This document shows, piece after piece, positions 9,601 to 24,600 of a stretch of DNA of 50,400 nt. Every line of letters starts with the position of its first letter. Within the stretch, counting starts at the first letter, position 1. The notes under the pieces are model-generated. The model did no database searches. It worked only from the letters and a program-made list of their open reading frames with translations, and was not told the origin of the DNA. This stretch comes from Callorhinchus milii (lineage: Eukaryota): the NCBI RefSeq assembly GCF_018977255.1, contig NW_024705378.1:1-50400 (forward strand), read 5' to 3'. Both the position numbers and the translations under genes were made by a program.

Positions 9601-12600
9601 CCGGCGCCAGGTCAGAAAACCAGAAGCTTCTTGTGAGGAAGATGTCGGTACATCAACTAGCTCCTCTGTATGGGAAGCCCACCGACTGCTTCCATCGAGC
9701 GCTTCCGCCATCCTGGAGCGCATAATAGAGTTATAAGCAAAATCTAGGATGGATGCCAAATACCTTGGCTTCAGCGACGTCGACACCCCGGAGCAGTGTT
9801 ATGCTTCTTGTACATCAAGATCTTATTAACCTGGACATAAGATCCGCTCCAGAGGTACTTCAGCCGTGGGTGGGGAAACGGGCGCATGGGTACCATACGA
9901 TCCTACGAGAGTACTCCGGCCACGTGGCATGCCCAATCATTCCGGGTGGTACTCCATTACAGACATAACGCTGCGCTCCGAATGTCAGCGCCCAGAGTCT
10001 TGCATCGAAGCGCAGTGCGTACGGATGGGTTAACCCGTTCCCGTAAGTTGTACCGGGTAGGGTGCCGTCAATCTCCTTAACGATGTGCGGTCTGCATTTT
10101 ACGTCCACACGCACTACTGGATGACCCTGACCTAACGAGGCAATTGTCTACTTGAATCGTATTATGAATTGTGTAATCGGGATAAAATTCACCCTTCCGT
10201 AAGGGAGAATACAGCGACAGTTCGCTCGTTGTGGGTGTTGGGGTGCTAGGAATGCAAGTGTGAGGGATGTTCACGTATAAAAGACGTTCCGGTCTAAAGA
10301 TGATCGGGATACAGACTGTTGGCGCCCCTTTACCTATAAAGCTCGTTAAACAGATTACGTCGCTGGAAATAAATATATAGGATCCACACAGAAAAAGTTA
10401 TGAGCGACCTGATCGGATACCCAAAGCCACGGGATCCCATTCCGTGTTTGCACGTGCTGTAACTTTGCGCGTAATGTAGAAGAATCTAATAAGACACGGT
10501 CTCGCAATAGGCATGTGAGCCTTTGTCCAAGACGGCGAGATTGTCTGACGGAACAAAGTGGAGCATTTGATCGCCTGAGGTAGCTATTTTACTCTAACAT
10601 TGGTAAATTGAGGTCTGAGTGTCGACGCTCTCAGCTATCCTATAACGTCCCCAATGAAATATGTTTTCGGACACTACAGCCATCTTGCTACTAGTTATGT
10701 CTAGCCGGACGGCAGTTCAATGCAGTTAATGAATTGAAGCCGAACGCTGATCCCTGGTAGGTGTTGTCAGAAGTGACCTTACCAACTTGATACTCCGGCG
10801 GCCGCAATGACTTTAGGCTAATGACTGTCAGTTACTGATCACGCAGATTCGCCGTAGACGGGGTCGAGTAACGGAGTAAGAACAGAACCGTATCGGTCTA
10901 AAGACCACCGCGGTGCTTGGACCCGTCTCCCTAGAAATTTGCGAACCTAATAAGCTCAACGGTTGTCTTGCACTCGCCTAAACTCGGTGGCTTTTGCTTG
11001 ATTGGCGGGGTACTCTGGAGTAGAGCATACTCTGCACATGTAACGCCGAAAGAGACCTGGGCCAGGCACACTTTGGAACCATGACATCGCCGCAGGGGAC
11101 CAGCGGCAAACAGGGGATGCTACTCGAGGGACGAGAGTTTACTGATCGTTAAAAAACCGAGGATCCGAAGACGACAGTTTATAAATGCCTGGGGATAGTG
11201 GACCAACACAGGTCGGTTCTTTCACGTTTGACCTATGTCTGCCTAGCATCTGGAAACGAACTATATTGATTCATAAAGCGACGGGCCAGTGCGTGGTTCA
11301 TGAAATAAGCGGGTGACATGGGCACCCTTCTATGAATTTTGTTTACTTAGGCGATGTTTGTGCGTCTTACAGGTCCTCACTCTAATACGATTTTGCCTGA
11401 CAAGGAGAAGTAATCACTTTCTACAGCGCTAACTTAATAGACCACAGAGAACCAGGCTCTAGCGTTGGACCTACGTACGGAGGAGGGATCGATATTAGGG
11501 ATTTAATCTAAGCGATGCCATCACTGTCTAGACGCGCGTAAATATCCGCTGAATACACTCATAGCGAAGTTGGGTGGTATGTCTAACGGTGGACCTGACG
11601 ATTCTGTCTGGCCGCAAAAAACCGACAACCAATCATGACCTCGAACTGTCTTGTTGTATAGAAGCAGTTATGTATTAGGCTTGCTGCAGGTAAACGTCGG
11701 CGTTAACGATGGGGGTAATGGCTCGATGGGAGGTATCCGAGGTTTCCCGAAGCTAAGAGGTTGTTTCCACGCTCCGTCCATGAAATATCCACGCCGTTGA
11801 ACAGGTCAAGACGGAAAGCAAACCGTGCAATCCGATCTTAAGTATAGAGTACCCGCGCAACGTCAGTTCGCCTAGATACAATAAGTCACGGTGGTGTGCA
11901 CTTGCTGATTACATCCAAGTGTAGGCGTAGCCTCAATTTTAGCACTGCGGGACAGCACATCGTGTCACACCAAGAACCGTCCACATAGGCGTAACAGGAC
12001 CGCAAGGGAGACAGCGGAGGATCCTTCATAGTCTCGTCAGGGAAGAAACTACATGACTCACTTTTCAACGCTCTAATACTCGCTACATATCTCAATAATG
12101 GTTTACCACTCGATGCCTCATTTATTCGGGGGTTTGTAACGTCGTCCCTTCTTTACAGCTACGTACCCGGTTGATAATGATCTGTTATAACAGAGCTCCC
12201 ACGAAGCGCAGGTCGGCTGATTTCGTCACGATCGCCGCGCCTCGCTGTTGGTAGTCAATAATATACACTCGTGCTTGAACGGCTGCGCATTTGTATTGGG
12301 AGATATCGAGTGAGCAACAATATTTGCGCTTACAGGTCGGATAAATAAACGCAGTTCACTGTTCCGGCCTGGATTAGATGCCTTAAGTTACACATTATTG
12401 ACGAGAGCACGGATGACTGCTTGTCGTTCGCAACTATCAAGAATTATTCTATAGCCTGTTTGGTTTTGTCAAGGAAATTAAAAAAGGTTAATAGACTGAG
12501 CCGCGACGCGTGTACTCTCAATGCTTAGTTCCGGACAGTAAGGAAGTAGATTAGCAGAATTTGCTCTATTGCGTTTGCATAGAGCACGCTCGTGAGCCAG

Positions 12601-15600
12601 TATCTTTCCTAGATAGCACGGCCCAGCGTTGCATACCAGAGAAGGACTCCTATCACCAAGCAATGCCACTGTGTGACTTCTCCGTCCTACAAGCGACTTA
12701 TATGTGCAAGCCGGATCACTATTCTTATACGAGCACCAGAGAGCTAAGCATGTCGCCGTATCCGACGTGTTATACCAGTCGTGGGTGGAGTTACACAACA
12801 GGCACTCAAGGATACTTTGAGCAGAGCCCTTTACATATAGTCTTACTTCCCACCCGTGCGTGAGTTAGGTACGCAAGGCACGCCGTCGCTCAGGCTACAT
12901 TAGGCTTGTATCTACGCTACCCGTAGATAAGCCCTTATGCCTTAATCCGCGCCATCACCAGGGGGTCATACAAAATTTCAAACCGGACCTGCTGCGTTAT
13001 CCGGTGGTTGTAGCTAATTGGGTTTACCTCTATAGATTTGAGTGTACACAGCATTTGAGAATTCAAGGAGGTGAGAAAATCAATACCAAACGGGCGGATT
13101 AAAATGTACTGCTCGGCTATGCCTGATTGCGCCTCCCAACCTCTGGATATAATAATGTTAGTAGTAGCAGATTCGAGGCTATTTGTGCCCATCCAGCGCC
13201 GATCTCCCAGTACCCTAGGAATAGTAAGGACGCCTTAAATATTTACTGAAGATAACAGAGCAGTAGTCAACTCAGACCTCATACCGGGTTTCGTTAGAGT
13301 GGCTGCCGAGCTTATCAGTACGTCTGGGTCCGCGAGGTTTGGTATCTCCAAGGGGAAGGGTCAGATAAGTCATTTCGCCACAAGTTCACCTATTGCCTCT
13401 ATTTTTGACGACATGTGACACGTCTAGCATTTGCCGCATTGGTGTGAGGCATAGGGAGGAGCGTTTAAAGTTTAACATCAGGGTAAGATAGCCAGCTTAT
13501 TGTGCAGCCTCTTATCCGCAAATTCATATGTAACATTCGTACGAAGACATATAGATACTGATCAACCTGGGATGGTATAGCAATCCCACCACATGGAAGC
13601 ATGTAAGCTCACACTGATCGCTACCTAGTTGTACGGTAATATCAGTATTAGATCTTAGCGCGAGTCCACGCGGACTAGTCAGTAAAAAAAAGTATAGGAA
13701 AGCACGGCGCGAATCTGATTATTCTTATTCCTAGGTCTTGCCCATGCCTGGGCCTTCTTTCACGGGGTTCACATTTTGGCATCTTAGCAGATTCGTCATC
13801 GCGGCATTCTAGCTCGATGGTCTTGACTTAGTTGAACTTCTGCAAATTTCTGAACTCTCAGGGTGTACATGGCTTGAGATGGCTACAACAATCTACCTTT
13901 AAACTGTAAAGACACTAGTAAAGTTATAGAGACGCTACAGTTATGGGAAAGACCACCATCTACTGCACGCCCTGGAATACTGTTCAAGCCCACTTGTCGG
14001 AGCTGCCATGCATCTGAACCGAACCCGTGCCCATTGATCGCTACTCTCTACATCCTCACTTAGGTTTGCGGGATTGATCAATAGTTAGGTGACCTACCAT
14101 GGCATACGCTCCAGGTGGACGAAGCAATCTTGCTGTTATAGACACTATAAGCAGATGAACATAGTTGACATCTGTATAGCCAGAAACGGGGTCATAAGTG
14201 CCCCCCTGAACCCATGTACTCAATATTGGGATACGGGAGTGGTTTGTGAATCCCAAACTTTTAGCATGTAACTATTGAGCACAGACTTCGCCAGCCTAAT
14301 CTCGGAATGTCGCCAATCGATGGAAGGCTTAGCGTAAGCATTGTTTCGCGCAAAGACCATTCTCGCCAACCTCTCTTACAGGGTGGGTTAGCCCCTCTAC
14401 CACTAAGCCTTTAGTGTTATGTACGGCCACGACCCACAACTAGCATGTACGATGGCCTAGCTGTGTAGGGTAATTCTTAGGGGAGTAACCGGATTATGCG
14501 ACTGCTTTAATCAACGTGTTACAGATACTAAGCTGCGGGCCATCTCAATGTTGGGCTGGCCGAACAAGACTATGTATCAGTACCTTTTCGGCCTACCAGT
14601 TTCTTGTAAGTCCTACTGAACTCTTTAAGGCTTCTTAAATCCTGGCATAAAGAACTAGTTATTGTTATCAGGTTTCCCCACTCTATTCGATTGGATGCCC
14701 CTGAGGTTTGATAAACAGTAATCTAGATGGCGGCTTAATAGCTTGTTGTGGTCATATGATTGAACAGAGTGCACGACCCCCGTGGTGCAAGTGATACCAG
14801 TTGCGCTGGCGGGGGCGGGTCAAACTCGGTCGTAAATCTGATTAAGTGACGACGGTAGCCGCCTGACTAACGAGCACTCAATGTGGATAATGCACAGATG
14901 CCATTCGAGACCCGAACACTGGCGGGCAGTCATGATAACCATGTGTAGTCGAAAACCAGAATCTGCAATCACCCATGAATTCTGAGCTACGCACGGTTGT
15001 TTTGCGCGTACCGGTCGGAGCCGTCGACCGTCATATCGAACTGCTTCGGTAGATAACGTGATAGGTGATATGTCCCAGAGACAGTTTAAGCGCCCTGCCG
15101 AGCGATTCTTAACTGAAGCAATGTGATTGAGAGCCTTTGGAGAGTGACGATGCCTGACACCGTAATGTTTGCCAGTTCGCTCTTTTACGGAACTATCTGC
15201 CTATAACAACTAGATACTCCTAGCGCTGGTGGATGGAATCTGGGAATTTGAGTTTATATGCTGGAAAAAACTGTTTCTAAAATTTACTGGTTGTTCATTA
15301 AAAAACCCTAGGCGCGCGCTCTTCTACATGTTTGGGGACGGAACGGCCGTAGAGTCACGTCCATTTCGGTTGCGCATCCTCTTAGGGCGACGGCGAGTTA
15401 GTAGACTATGCTGTGTATGGACCACACGAAACATTGCCGGTCCGCGGTCTCACCCTTGAGGTATAAATGGTGGAAAAGCTCGCAACTAGTTTAGCTATCT
15501 CTACGACTCAGAGCCTAATCACTGAGTCTGTTCGAGGTTCTACTCGATGGATATCAAAATATAACGACGCTCAAAGTTCGTATCGCCTAATACGTCGACT

Positions 15601-18600
15601 CCAGGACTAGGCACCGATAATCCAGCACCAATTGTAAAACGGACTCTACAGCGAATGTCTAGGTACACCGACTCGGCTATGTTTGTTTTTAACTCTGGGG
15701 GTCTTTGTAGGGTATACATTCTGCCTGAAACGGCCCACATGCGTACGCATCCACAATGGCGAAACGAGAAAGCTCTGGATGCGATTCCTGGGGATCTGCT
15801 GCTCTGGTCAGCCTAGAGACCAGATGTCTATAAGTGATTATATTGTTCAGTGACCGGTCCAGAAGCTAATACATACAGCTCAGGCAGCAAGTAAGGCGGA
15901 CTACTGAAACTACGTAGAAGCTGCCGGCGTAGTGGCGGAGATGAACGCCGTATCGAGTCGTAGTAGCGCGTTACCCTCAACTCTAACTGCGGCGCGCAGC
16001 GGTACCCAGCGAAGTATCCTCGAACTGATCCCAGCTAAGACGCACCTATCTGGCGGTCTCGTAGCATAGGCGTTGCAGCCCCGACGCTGGCTATGAATCA
16101 CCAAGGTACCCTGAGTTAACGGGCCCCTCAAATTAGATAGGGGTTTCTGGACTTAACAAGTCTCAAGACGTACCGTAGGTAGAGCTGATAAGCGGCAGTA
16201 TGTCCTTATGAATGACGGATAGTGAGACACACGTTGTCGTTCTATTTGAGTGTTTGCGGGAAGAAGGCTGGCAATTAGAATTCGACGCAGCTTGTTGCGC
16301 TACCGTGGAGAGGGCCAGCTGCTTCCCCCTGATTACCTTTTGGTCGGCATCGCTATCGATGTGTTCCGGGTAGCAAATAACTAGGCGCCCCCTACCTCTG
16401 TAAGAGGGGGATTTACGTCCTGCCTACAATTTACCTCTTGAGTGCTGAGTCGTCCGGGGACTCTGCCGCTCCATTCGTGTGGCTCAACCCTAGGTCTATG
16501 ACTGTGATTACATGCCGCGCGATTGCTGTGTAAGCTGGAGCTTAATGCTCTGTCCAAGGATATCGCTCGATCCTCAGGGACACCCTTTAAGAAAGGTGAG
16601 ATGCAAGGTGGGGAAGAGCATATTAGACTCCGACATTAGACAGTCCGGTAATGGATACGCATTTGTGCTGTCTAGTCTGGCGAAATCGTACAAAAACCTA
16701 ATTTTGCAAACGGCGTGGTGAACTCACCCCTTGTTGGCGATAATCACGGATTCCGTGTACTTTATTGAGTCGACGGTGTGTGTGTGTGTTCATAACTAAA
16801 AGCCACTAAGAACCTGTAGGGCGACTCCCCTACGCAAGGCGCTGGTATTATATCGCGTATGCAACTTAGAAGGTCGAATAGTCTATCGGTCAACTTAACG
16901 CTCCTATTTTGCGAGTAAGTTCTCCGATTTCCAAGTCACGTCGTCTTGACCCGGGTCCACAGATGACCATAGGAGAAGCATCCCAGGCGAACCAACAGAG
17001 ATTTGGTGTCACAAAGGGCGGGGACTATCTTTTGGTCGTACAGTATGCTCTCAATAACTGTGATAAATATAAGCTCTTGCAGGCATTCATAATACCGTTC
17101 GTGGAGGTTTCGTCCGCACCTAGCAACAATCCTGTCACGCGAGATCGATACTTGTTGTTATCTTCATCTTCTCCGTCGTGAGAGCATGCTACAAAGCTGT
17201 CTGTGTCCGGAGAGGCGCCATCTACCGCCGATGAGATTTCTACACCCATAGCTGAGCCATGGCGCAAGTGGCACATCTACCGCGCACTTCTAGACGTATC
17301 ACACCCCACGTTGATCCGAAACGGTCCTCCGGATGGGAGCCGTCCTTGCAATTGAGGACGTCACAGTAGGATAACGTCGAACCCTAAGGCCTGAACCGGT
17401 GCGATGAATTCTGGGTCGTGGCGCCGAGCTGACGGACAATGAAGCCATAACGACCCCCACTAATTCGAGACCATGATCCCATCCTGCCGAATATGCGGGG
17501 TGGAGTCCTATATTCCAAAGATCACGGAATGGTAGGTAGAGAGTCACGGCACTCTACCGTTAGAGGAACAGATACTCCCGCGATGCAATAATAATACGGG
17601 TGTCCTAGGGGTCCCAGGTGGACTATGAGCATTTGGGTAGTTGCTGCGTCTAGGAGCGGAGGATGGGCAATTGAGACTCCCAGAAACCTGCTAGAAGCTT
17701 GGGCAGCGACGCGAATGCCTCGACGGTCGATCAGGGCCCCATTGTCTAGATAGAGGCTATGCATATTATAATTTATCACATATAATGAACAATATCCCAC
17801 GCGTTAGGGTCAGGAATGACCAATATCCCCGGTGGCTCTCTGTGTCGGCCGGTAACCACCGCCTAGACCGGCGAGGACAGGATCCTAACAATTTTGATTT
17901 TATGTGGAGGCTATGTAAATCTTGGGACGAATGTAGGCCCGCAGAGCTCACCGCGACTATAAGGCCATAGGGAAGCAAGTCCACTTGCTACTTGAGAATA
18001 AGGACCAGTGCCATTGAGGTTACGATGAGACAGCCTGCATCTGAAGCGGACACATCCTTCAGATAAACTGTTTCCAGCAATGTATGCGGTGCAAGAGAAT
18101 CAATCGACGGACAGCAATCCCAAACGCTAATCTAGTGCTGCGGAATTTCCTGGATACATGTCTAGCGTACCAACTTATTTGATATCGGTCGACGGCATTT
18201 GCCAGAACAGACGCGGTGTGGGCATCCATGACAAGATGTCGTGTTACTCATCCAGTAGGCTCGTCTGAGCGAAGGCTATGAAACCTGCCATACGTCCCCC
18301 TACAGCGGTAACTGGCGTTCAGTGCAAAGGTATACTAACCCGAGGAGTTACAACGGCCTAATTTCCCTTTCCTTTGGATTTGGCGTGTACAATGACACAC
18401 CGCCGTAATGAGAGCAGGTAACATCACGACCGCAGAACTACGCTTAGTGCGGCAAGGACTGGCCTAAATTCGTTTTAACAGTGGTAGAGTGAAACGCCTA
18501 CCAACCATGACAATCAAAAGCGCTGTCGTAGACTCTGACTGAACCAGCGATAATAAAAGTATCTAAATGCGGTCGGACAATAAAAAACTGAGAAGGCGAT

Positions 18601-21600
18601 AAAGGCCCCAAAGGACAAATCCCAAATTAAATATCATCATGAGTAGAGCTAACACCGCGTATTTTCGTCCCGGCTTTCACTGGATTTCGGGGTTCTAGTT
18701 GTATGTGACATGCCGACCTACTCGGTTGGAAGCCGTAGATCCGGTTAACGAGTACCTGCTACCTGTGCGCACGCTTGCTAAGTTATCTATCTGAACTGTG
18801 GTATTCCTATTGAGATACTGAGAATTTGGAAGCCCTAGTAATACTAACGGACAGACCTCGTACTAATTGTAGACGTACTGCAGGCCTTCTCGGGGACCCA
18901 TCGCAAGATTATAGTGAGTACTGCGAAGATATTGGAGGGCGACTGACCTAGCCAAGAGGTTGCTCCCGGCTATTACTTCCGCATCACTCCTCATGGTCAT
19001 CATACCCTATGCCCCTAGAGGAATCTCGCTAATATTTGTCACACCAAAGCAGAAGTACGCCTACAAGGCTTTGGGCAACTGACTCGCGGCCTGTCCGAGC
19101 GACTGGGCGTGACAGAACCTACACCTGACCAAAATGGGTCGTCACTCTGAGGAATTAATAACGTTCTAAGAAGGTTCGAACTGAAACACCGAAGTCTAGG
19201 TATATCTACAACCAGCTCACATCTTAGAGCTATGTAACAATGTTTGAGCTCGCTTAGAATCGGTACAACGGCGGAAACGCGCAATTGCCATACTTGGGCC
19301 CCGAATCCGAAGGGTGCCCCATACCCTAAGAAGTAACCACTGCGCTCCGTTCCAGTCGGATCCGGATGTAGAAGCTCATGGCCAGGTATTTGTCCGAAAG
19401 TAATGTAGGTGGGAATCCCTCCTAATCTTCGCCCCAGCTCAACGTAATTTGGCCACTAGCAGCACAATGCTAATGTCAGTTTAGCGCAGCGAGGCTGCGG
19501 CGAAGCGCCAGCCGGGGGCTCTGTTACCCACAGCACATAGGGGCCCTAAAGTCGATTAACAATCTGGCGCGACCATGTGATTCTCACTCTGGGAAAGAGG
19601 GGCTTCAGGCCAGGGATACCCTAACCTTCATAGAATATCTAATGATTGGGTCAAACATATGAGGCTGACTGCATAATTAGCGGGATCGTTAAAGCCGGAG
19701 GATGTAACCCTCCAGTAGGCCCGAGCAGCACTTTGAACGGAGTCGGAATAAGTTGTTTGCCAACACGCATTATGAGGTATAACTCCCGTCACCCGCCTGC
19801 AAATGCCAGTAGCGATGCTAGATTATACTTTGCTGTTTAGCCGTGGCGAACCGATATTAATTATGTTTAGGCCGGCCCAACACGGCACTTGCTTGATGCC
19901 TAAAACAGAAACGTCGGCTACTTTCTTCTCCGTGCCGCACCGTGGTTTGAATTCCCTCGCTTGTATTTTCGTCAGTGCTCCCCCCGACTACGGGATTCCT
20001 CCCACAGCAGACTTGCCAGTGCCTGGCTGCGTGCTATAAAGAGCCACACGCCGTTAGAGACTAGGGTGGTCGTCTCCTAATCCGCGCGGAGGAAACAGGA
20101 CGTCGGTGGAGCGGGGCAAGCTCGGACAGCAGGCAGGCGAGTCCCCCTGGGCTCTAATAAGACACCGCACGTCAGTGTTGAGCGTTCAACACGGAAAGCG
20201 ATAGGTGCGTCGAATTTGACAGACTCCCACTCATTCTAGCTTGACGAGCAAGTAGACAGCATACCACACTCCCCGTAGCCGACTCCAGTGTCATGATCTA
20301 TTGTTAAGTTCAAGGGGAGAAAGCGGATGGCTTGCGTTTAATTGCGTTCACATTATAGAACATAAGCTCTGTGATCACATGGTCGCCTAGTGGCTATAGG
20401 GCACTAGGTTAAAACGAATTCGCCTATCCTGCATGAAGGCTTCCGGGATGTCCCGCCATTAGTTCATTCCGATCTTAAAGAGGTCGTCAACCAAGAAGGG
20501 TTGCATACTTGCTCTCTCGCTGGAGTCTTGACGAAGAGTGTCACGCATAAGCCTCGCGTTCTAAAAACGTGCGACACACACCTTGGTTTCACATTAAGCC
20601 GAAATGGATTCCCCTTGTATACATCCATCCTCCTGAGATATGGTTATCGTGGCCACGCCTAACGTGGTAGTAGGCCAGAATAGTGGAATTGGAAAATTTG
20701 CTAGTATTACAAAACGCCGGGCTTTTATGGGGACCTACCTCTGGACTGAATTTGAACTGTGGGTGTAATATCAAAATAGTTATCCCCTCTCGTGTCGTCA
20801 AACGCGACTGCCAAACATATCGTGCCGACTTCGTACACAGAGCCGGGTTATAGTGACGTAGAAGGAGGACGCCATCGCTAAGACGGCGGCCTCTGGAAGG
20901 TGTTGAAATTTGGCCGCTGGTTCTCGGGTTGACCTCTTGTAAGTCGTTGTATGGACGTACCAATGAGAAAAGTGGGCACTTTTCCCTTTTATCGCCGCTA
21001 GGATGCCCCTAAGTCGCGCGATTCTGAGACGGCGGGCGACGCAGATCCCAGATCGCAACTTTATGACTCAAGTGCCTCCGGAAAGTTCCAAAGAGGGGGG
21101 ATTAGGAACAACTCAGCTCTTTGAGACTTGAATTAATGTGCGTTTCGTTTAGACACTGGTATTAACCAGCATTGCGTAGCTATAAAGTGTGAAGAAGGTT
21201 TTGAACGACGAATAGGCACATATATGCGATACATATGGCCGTTGGGACCCAGGAACACGGTGCTAACGGTACCTACTGTCCGATAGGAGAAGCGTGTAGT
21301 CAGCTACTCGAAACGACATGTGGTTGGGCAGGTCACAGGGGCGTGCTGGAATCTGGGAGTACAGTTACGCAAGACACCGTAGCGAATTGACTTAATCACC
21401 CGGGTCATGCATCGAGGCTCAGTTACCTCGTACCCCCACTGTACAGGATCTCCAAGTGCAGCACGAGAGTGACTACGCACCTGCAATAGTCCGAGACATC
21501 AAGAATTGGCGCAACAGGTACAATGCTATATGTTTCACTTTTGTCACCCTGGAAACATGAGATTCGCAGACGCATATATAGATCCACCGTGGTTTTTGCG

Positions 21601-24600
21601 CGCCGTTGTTCGGAGCCATATCTAACGCACTTGAGCTGCCGGCAATCTTCGACCCCAAACTTTCGCTTTTCGGATAGATTAATTTTACGTACAATTCCCT
21701 AGTTATAGGATAGGTTCGCTCGGCTTCGCCGGCACAGCTTAGGATTCTGAACTTCACACGGTTACGTAATTGTTTGGTGGGGGGTTGAACTCATATCTAA
21801 AGCGGTCGCACACGCGGGTGCTTGCTAGGGCGCGGACTCAAGTGAAGGCGAGTAGGCCTATAGCGATAGACCGCCGGATGTTGAGATCAACTATCTACGG
21901 CTATGCCCCCGTAGTTTACAAGCTATATATCCGTTCGACGTTATAGCATGATTCCCCTTGAAGTAGTCATCTGGAGCCGATTTATGGGCTCCAGGTGCGG
22001 ATTTAATTGCTATTCCGATTACGGGCATCTCGCAGGAGGAAATATAACTAAGATGCCATTGGTACACGATGGCTGTCCACGGAGGCAACTTATAACAAGG
22101 ATGACAAGTTGGTTGGGTGGGAGATGAAAAAGCTTAGCGTTTCCGCACATTCCCCGGACAGGTGTGGGATCACTGAGAGACACTAAGGTCACGCTGCTAG
22201 CGGTAAGACTTTCTATCGGATGCAAACAAAAGGGAGACCCCGGAGTTGGGTGATAATCACGGGACCTGGTACTTCACAAATGCTAGGCATTGGGGCTAAT
22301 AATACCTCCTGAGCACGTACAGATTAGGGGGACTGTTAACTTCTGTTCGGATCCAAGCCCTGTCGACCCTCGTCTTACAGAGCATGTAGTTTTGGCGAAC
22401 CGCCAGCATCGAGAAGTACCCACTTCCAGGGCCTGGTACCTTCATAATCGCCAGTCAACAGTTCCGTATCAAGTCGGGGACACCCGATTCTGGTTCGGCG
22501 ACATTTACCATTCACCAATATCGTGAAACGAGTTACGGGGTACGCCCATTTCCCCTATGTACTAAAAATACGCTACTGAACAGCTGACATCATCCCCGCC
22601 TCACGTTTCGGTCTTAAGGTCCAAAAGATTGGACGCGTCTCGTGGAGTCCTGAAAGCAACTCCGATGACGGAGACGAATTCTAAGGGAACCCCAATTAGA
22701 CGTATTAGTAGTGGTCGATGCACAACGGTAAGACGACTGCGCCTTCAGCCAAACCGCCGCATAATTAGTGATGTACGCTAGGCGCTAGCAATCAAAATAC
22801 ACGCCATCGCTGCCTGCATCTGGAATGTTAGTATCGTCTTGCGATTGAATACCTGGCACAGGCCCACATCCTTATGTCGCTAGGACCCTGTAACTCTCAG
22901 ATTGCGTGGCAAACTGAGATCGATATTAATCCCGATCAGGCTGAAGAGGGATCCACAGTGTGACGCGAAATGGCAAGTGTGAGTCTGAGGGCTGGGGGCT
23001 GTAACTAGACTTACGCTTCGGTAGCGCATAGACATGGTCTATGCCATTAGTGTTTAATTACTTCTTCCAAATGGGTCGAGCACCCAGTTTGCTACACACG
23101 CGCGCTGCGTACGTTCACCCCATGAGATAGAAATATAGCAATGTAGTACTGTTTCAGGACTTATAATTTCTCTGGGGATTGGTGGCTAGACCACAGAGGG
23201 GGTATTTAATTATGGATAGCAAAGGAAAAGGATACGCACTACTAATGATTTTCCCCCCACCAGCAAGTTTTGTATCGAGTACTCTACGCTTTACCTTGCT
23301 TTTGCTGGGAGCTTTTCACTAACTCCTTGTGGGCCCCATGTCTAAGGCTCGAGTTCCATCAAACAATCAGGCAGACAAGTTCTGCTATCACCAAGCGATC
23401 AGCTTGTAGAAAATCCTATTGACTGCCTTGTAGGAATTCACTTACTTTTGTCCGTTCCGCCGATCTGCAGAAACGGAGCTAGGACTGTCTGCATGCGCAC
23501 AGTCGTCCTGCCCTAATTATTTGTAGTGTCGTTGGAGACATAGCCAACGGCACATGTCTGCTTATAAATGATTGGATCAGCCCACTGCTGCTAAAAAGTC
23601 AATGAGTCACCAAGGATTACTTGATAAATGGCTCCACGGTTTGTGCATGTTGCTAAACGGGTGGTTCGTCCTCCCTTACGGGTAATGCCAGCATCACTTC
23701 CTAGAGAAATCAGAAATTTGTGCGCCGTACATTCGTAAGGCCGTACTGGATCCCGAATAATTGCCCCTCTGTCCTTAGGTGGGGCCCCGTTGGATCAATT
23801 ACTCCTTCGGGGGAGCCATCGGCCAGACCCTAAATGTATCTCCTACACTAAGACATCGTCTCAATACTAGAACGTCATTATACGGTGATATTATTTTATA
23901 CTTTCACAGAGCTAGCCATGTAGGCCCTTAGATAATGAGTGCGCATGGAAGTGTCGTGACAATGCTGGCCATGTCCTTCCTTGGGAATGTACAACGGCCC
24001 TCCTACTCGGATCGATTTACTAGGGTGGTTTTCCGTGTACCTGCCGGCATCCGACTACTGGTTCATTACGGCGGCTTAGTCCCTGGACTACAATTTCGCG
24101 CAGGTGAGTGTACCCACCGTGGTGAGCACTGAACGCACCGTGCACCAATTGAATTGCAAACAACAAACGAAAGTACTTTAAGAAACCGTGTAAACACCCG
24201 TTATTCATAGGCCTCAAAGCCGCACTTCGGACACGTGCACCCAACTAATAAGTAAGGTGGGACCTGAGAGCTAATCGTAGCTAGGGTTCGACAATCATAT
24301 GCCTGAGACAGCTAACATCAAGGATATCCCGCAGTATCCGCTAGTAGAGTTTGTCACGCCTCCAGATAGATAGATCTGCAATTGGCAGGCATCGGCTGGA
24401 CACGGATCAGCCGTGGGTATGACGCCAGGAAAAGGGCCTTACTATTTTTCCACAATAGACCCATAAGGAACACGGCAAAACGTCATAATGGTTGGCCGAC
24501 ACTTTCGACCGGTTTCGAGTTATTTATCTTAGTTAGATGTGACAGTTTAGTTCATCGAGAATCGAGAAGCGTAGAAATCCTGAGGAAAGTTACGTTGCGT

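Noticed and set aside
16776..16789. (GT)7 inside the random-like block as evidence of natural origin
   Set aside because: It is individually unlikely under a uniform model (about 0.002 for a 14-bp dinucleotide run in 34 kb). But it is a single post-hoc observation with no supporting context, so I keep it only as a caveat.
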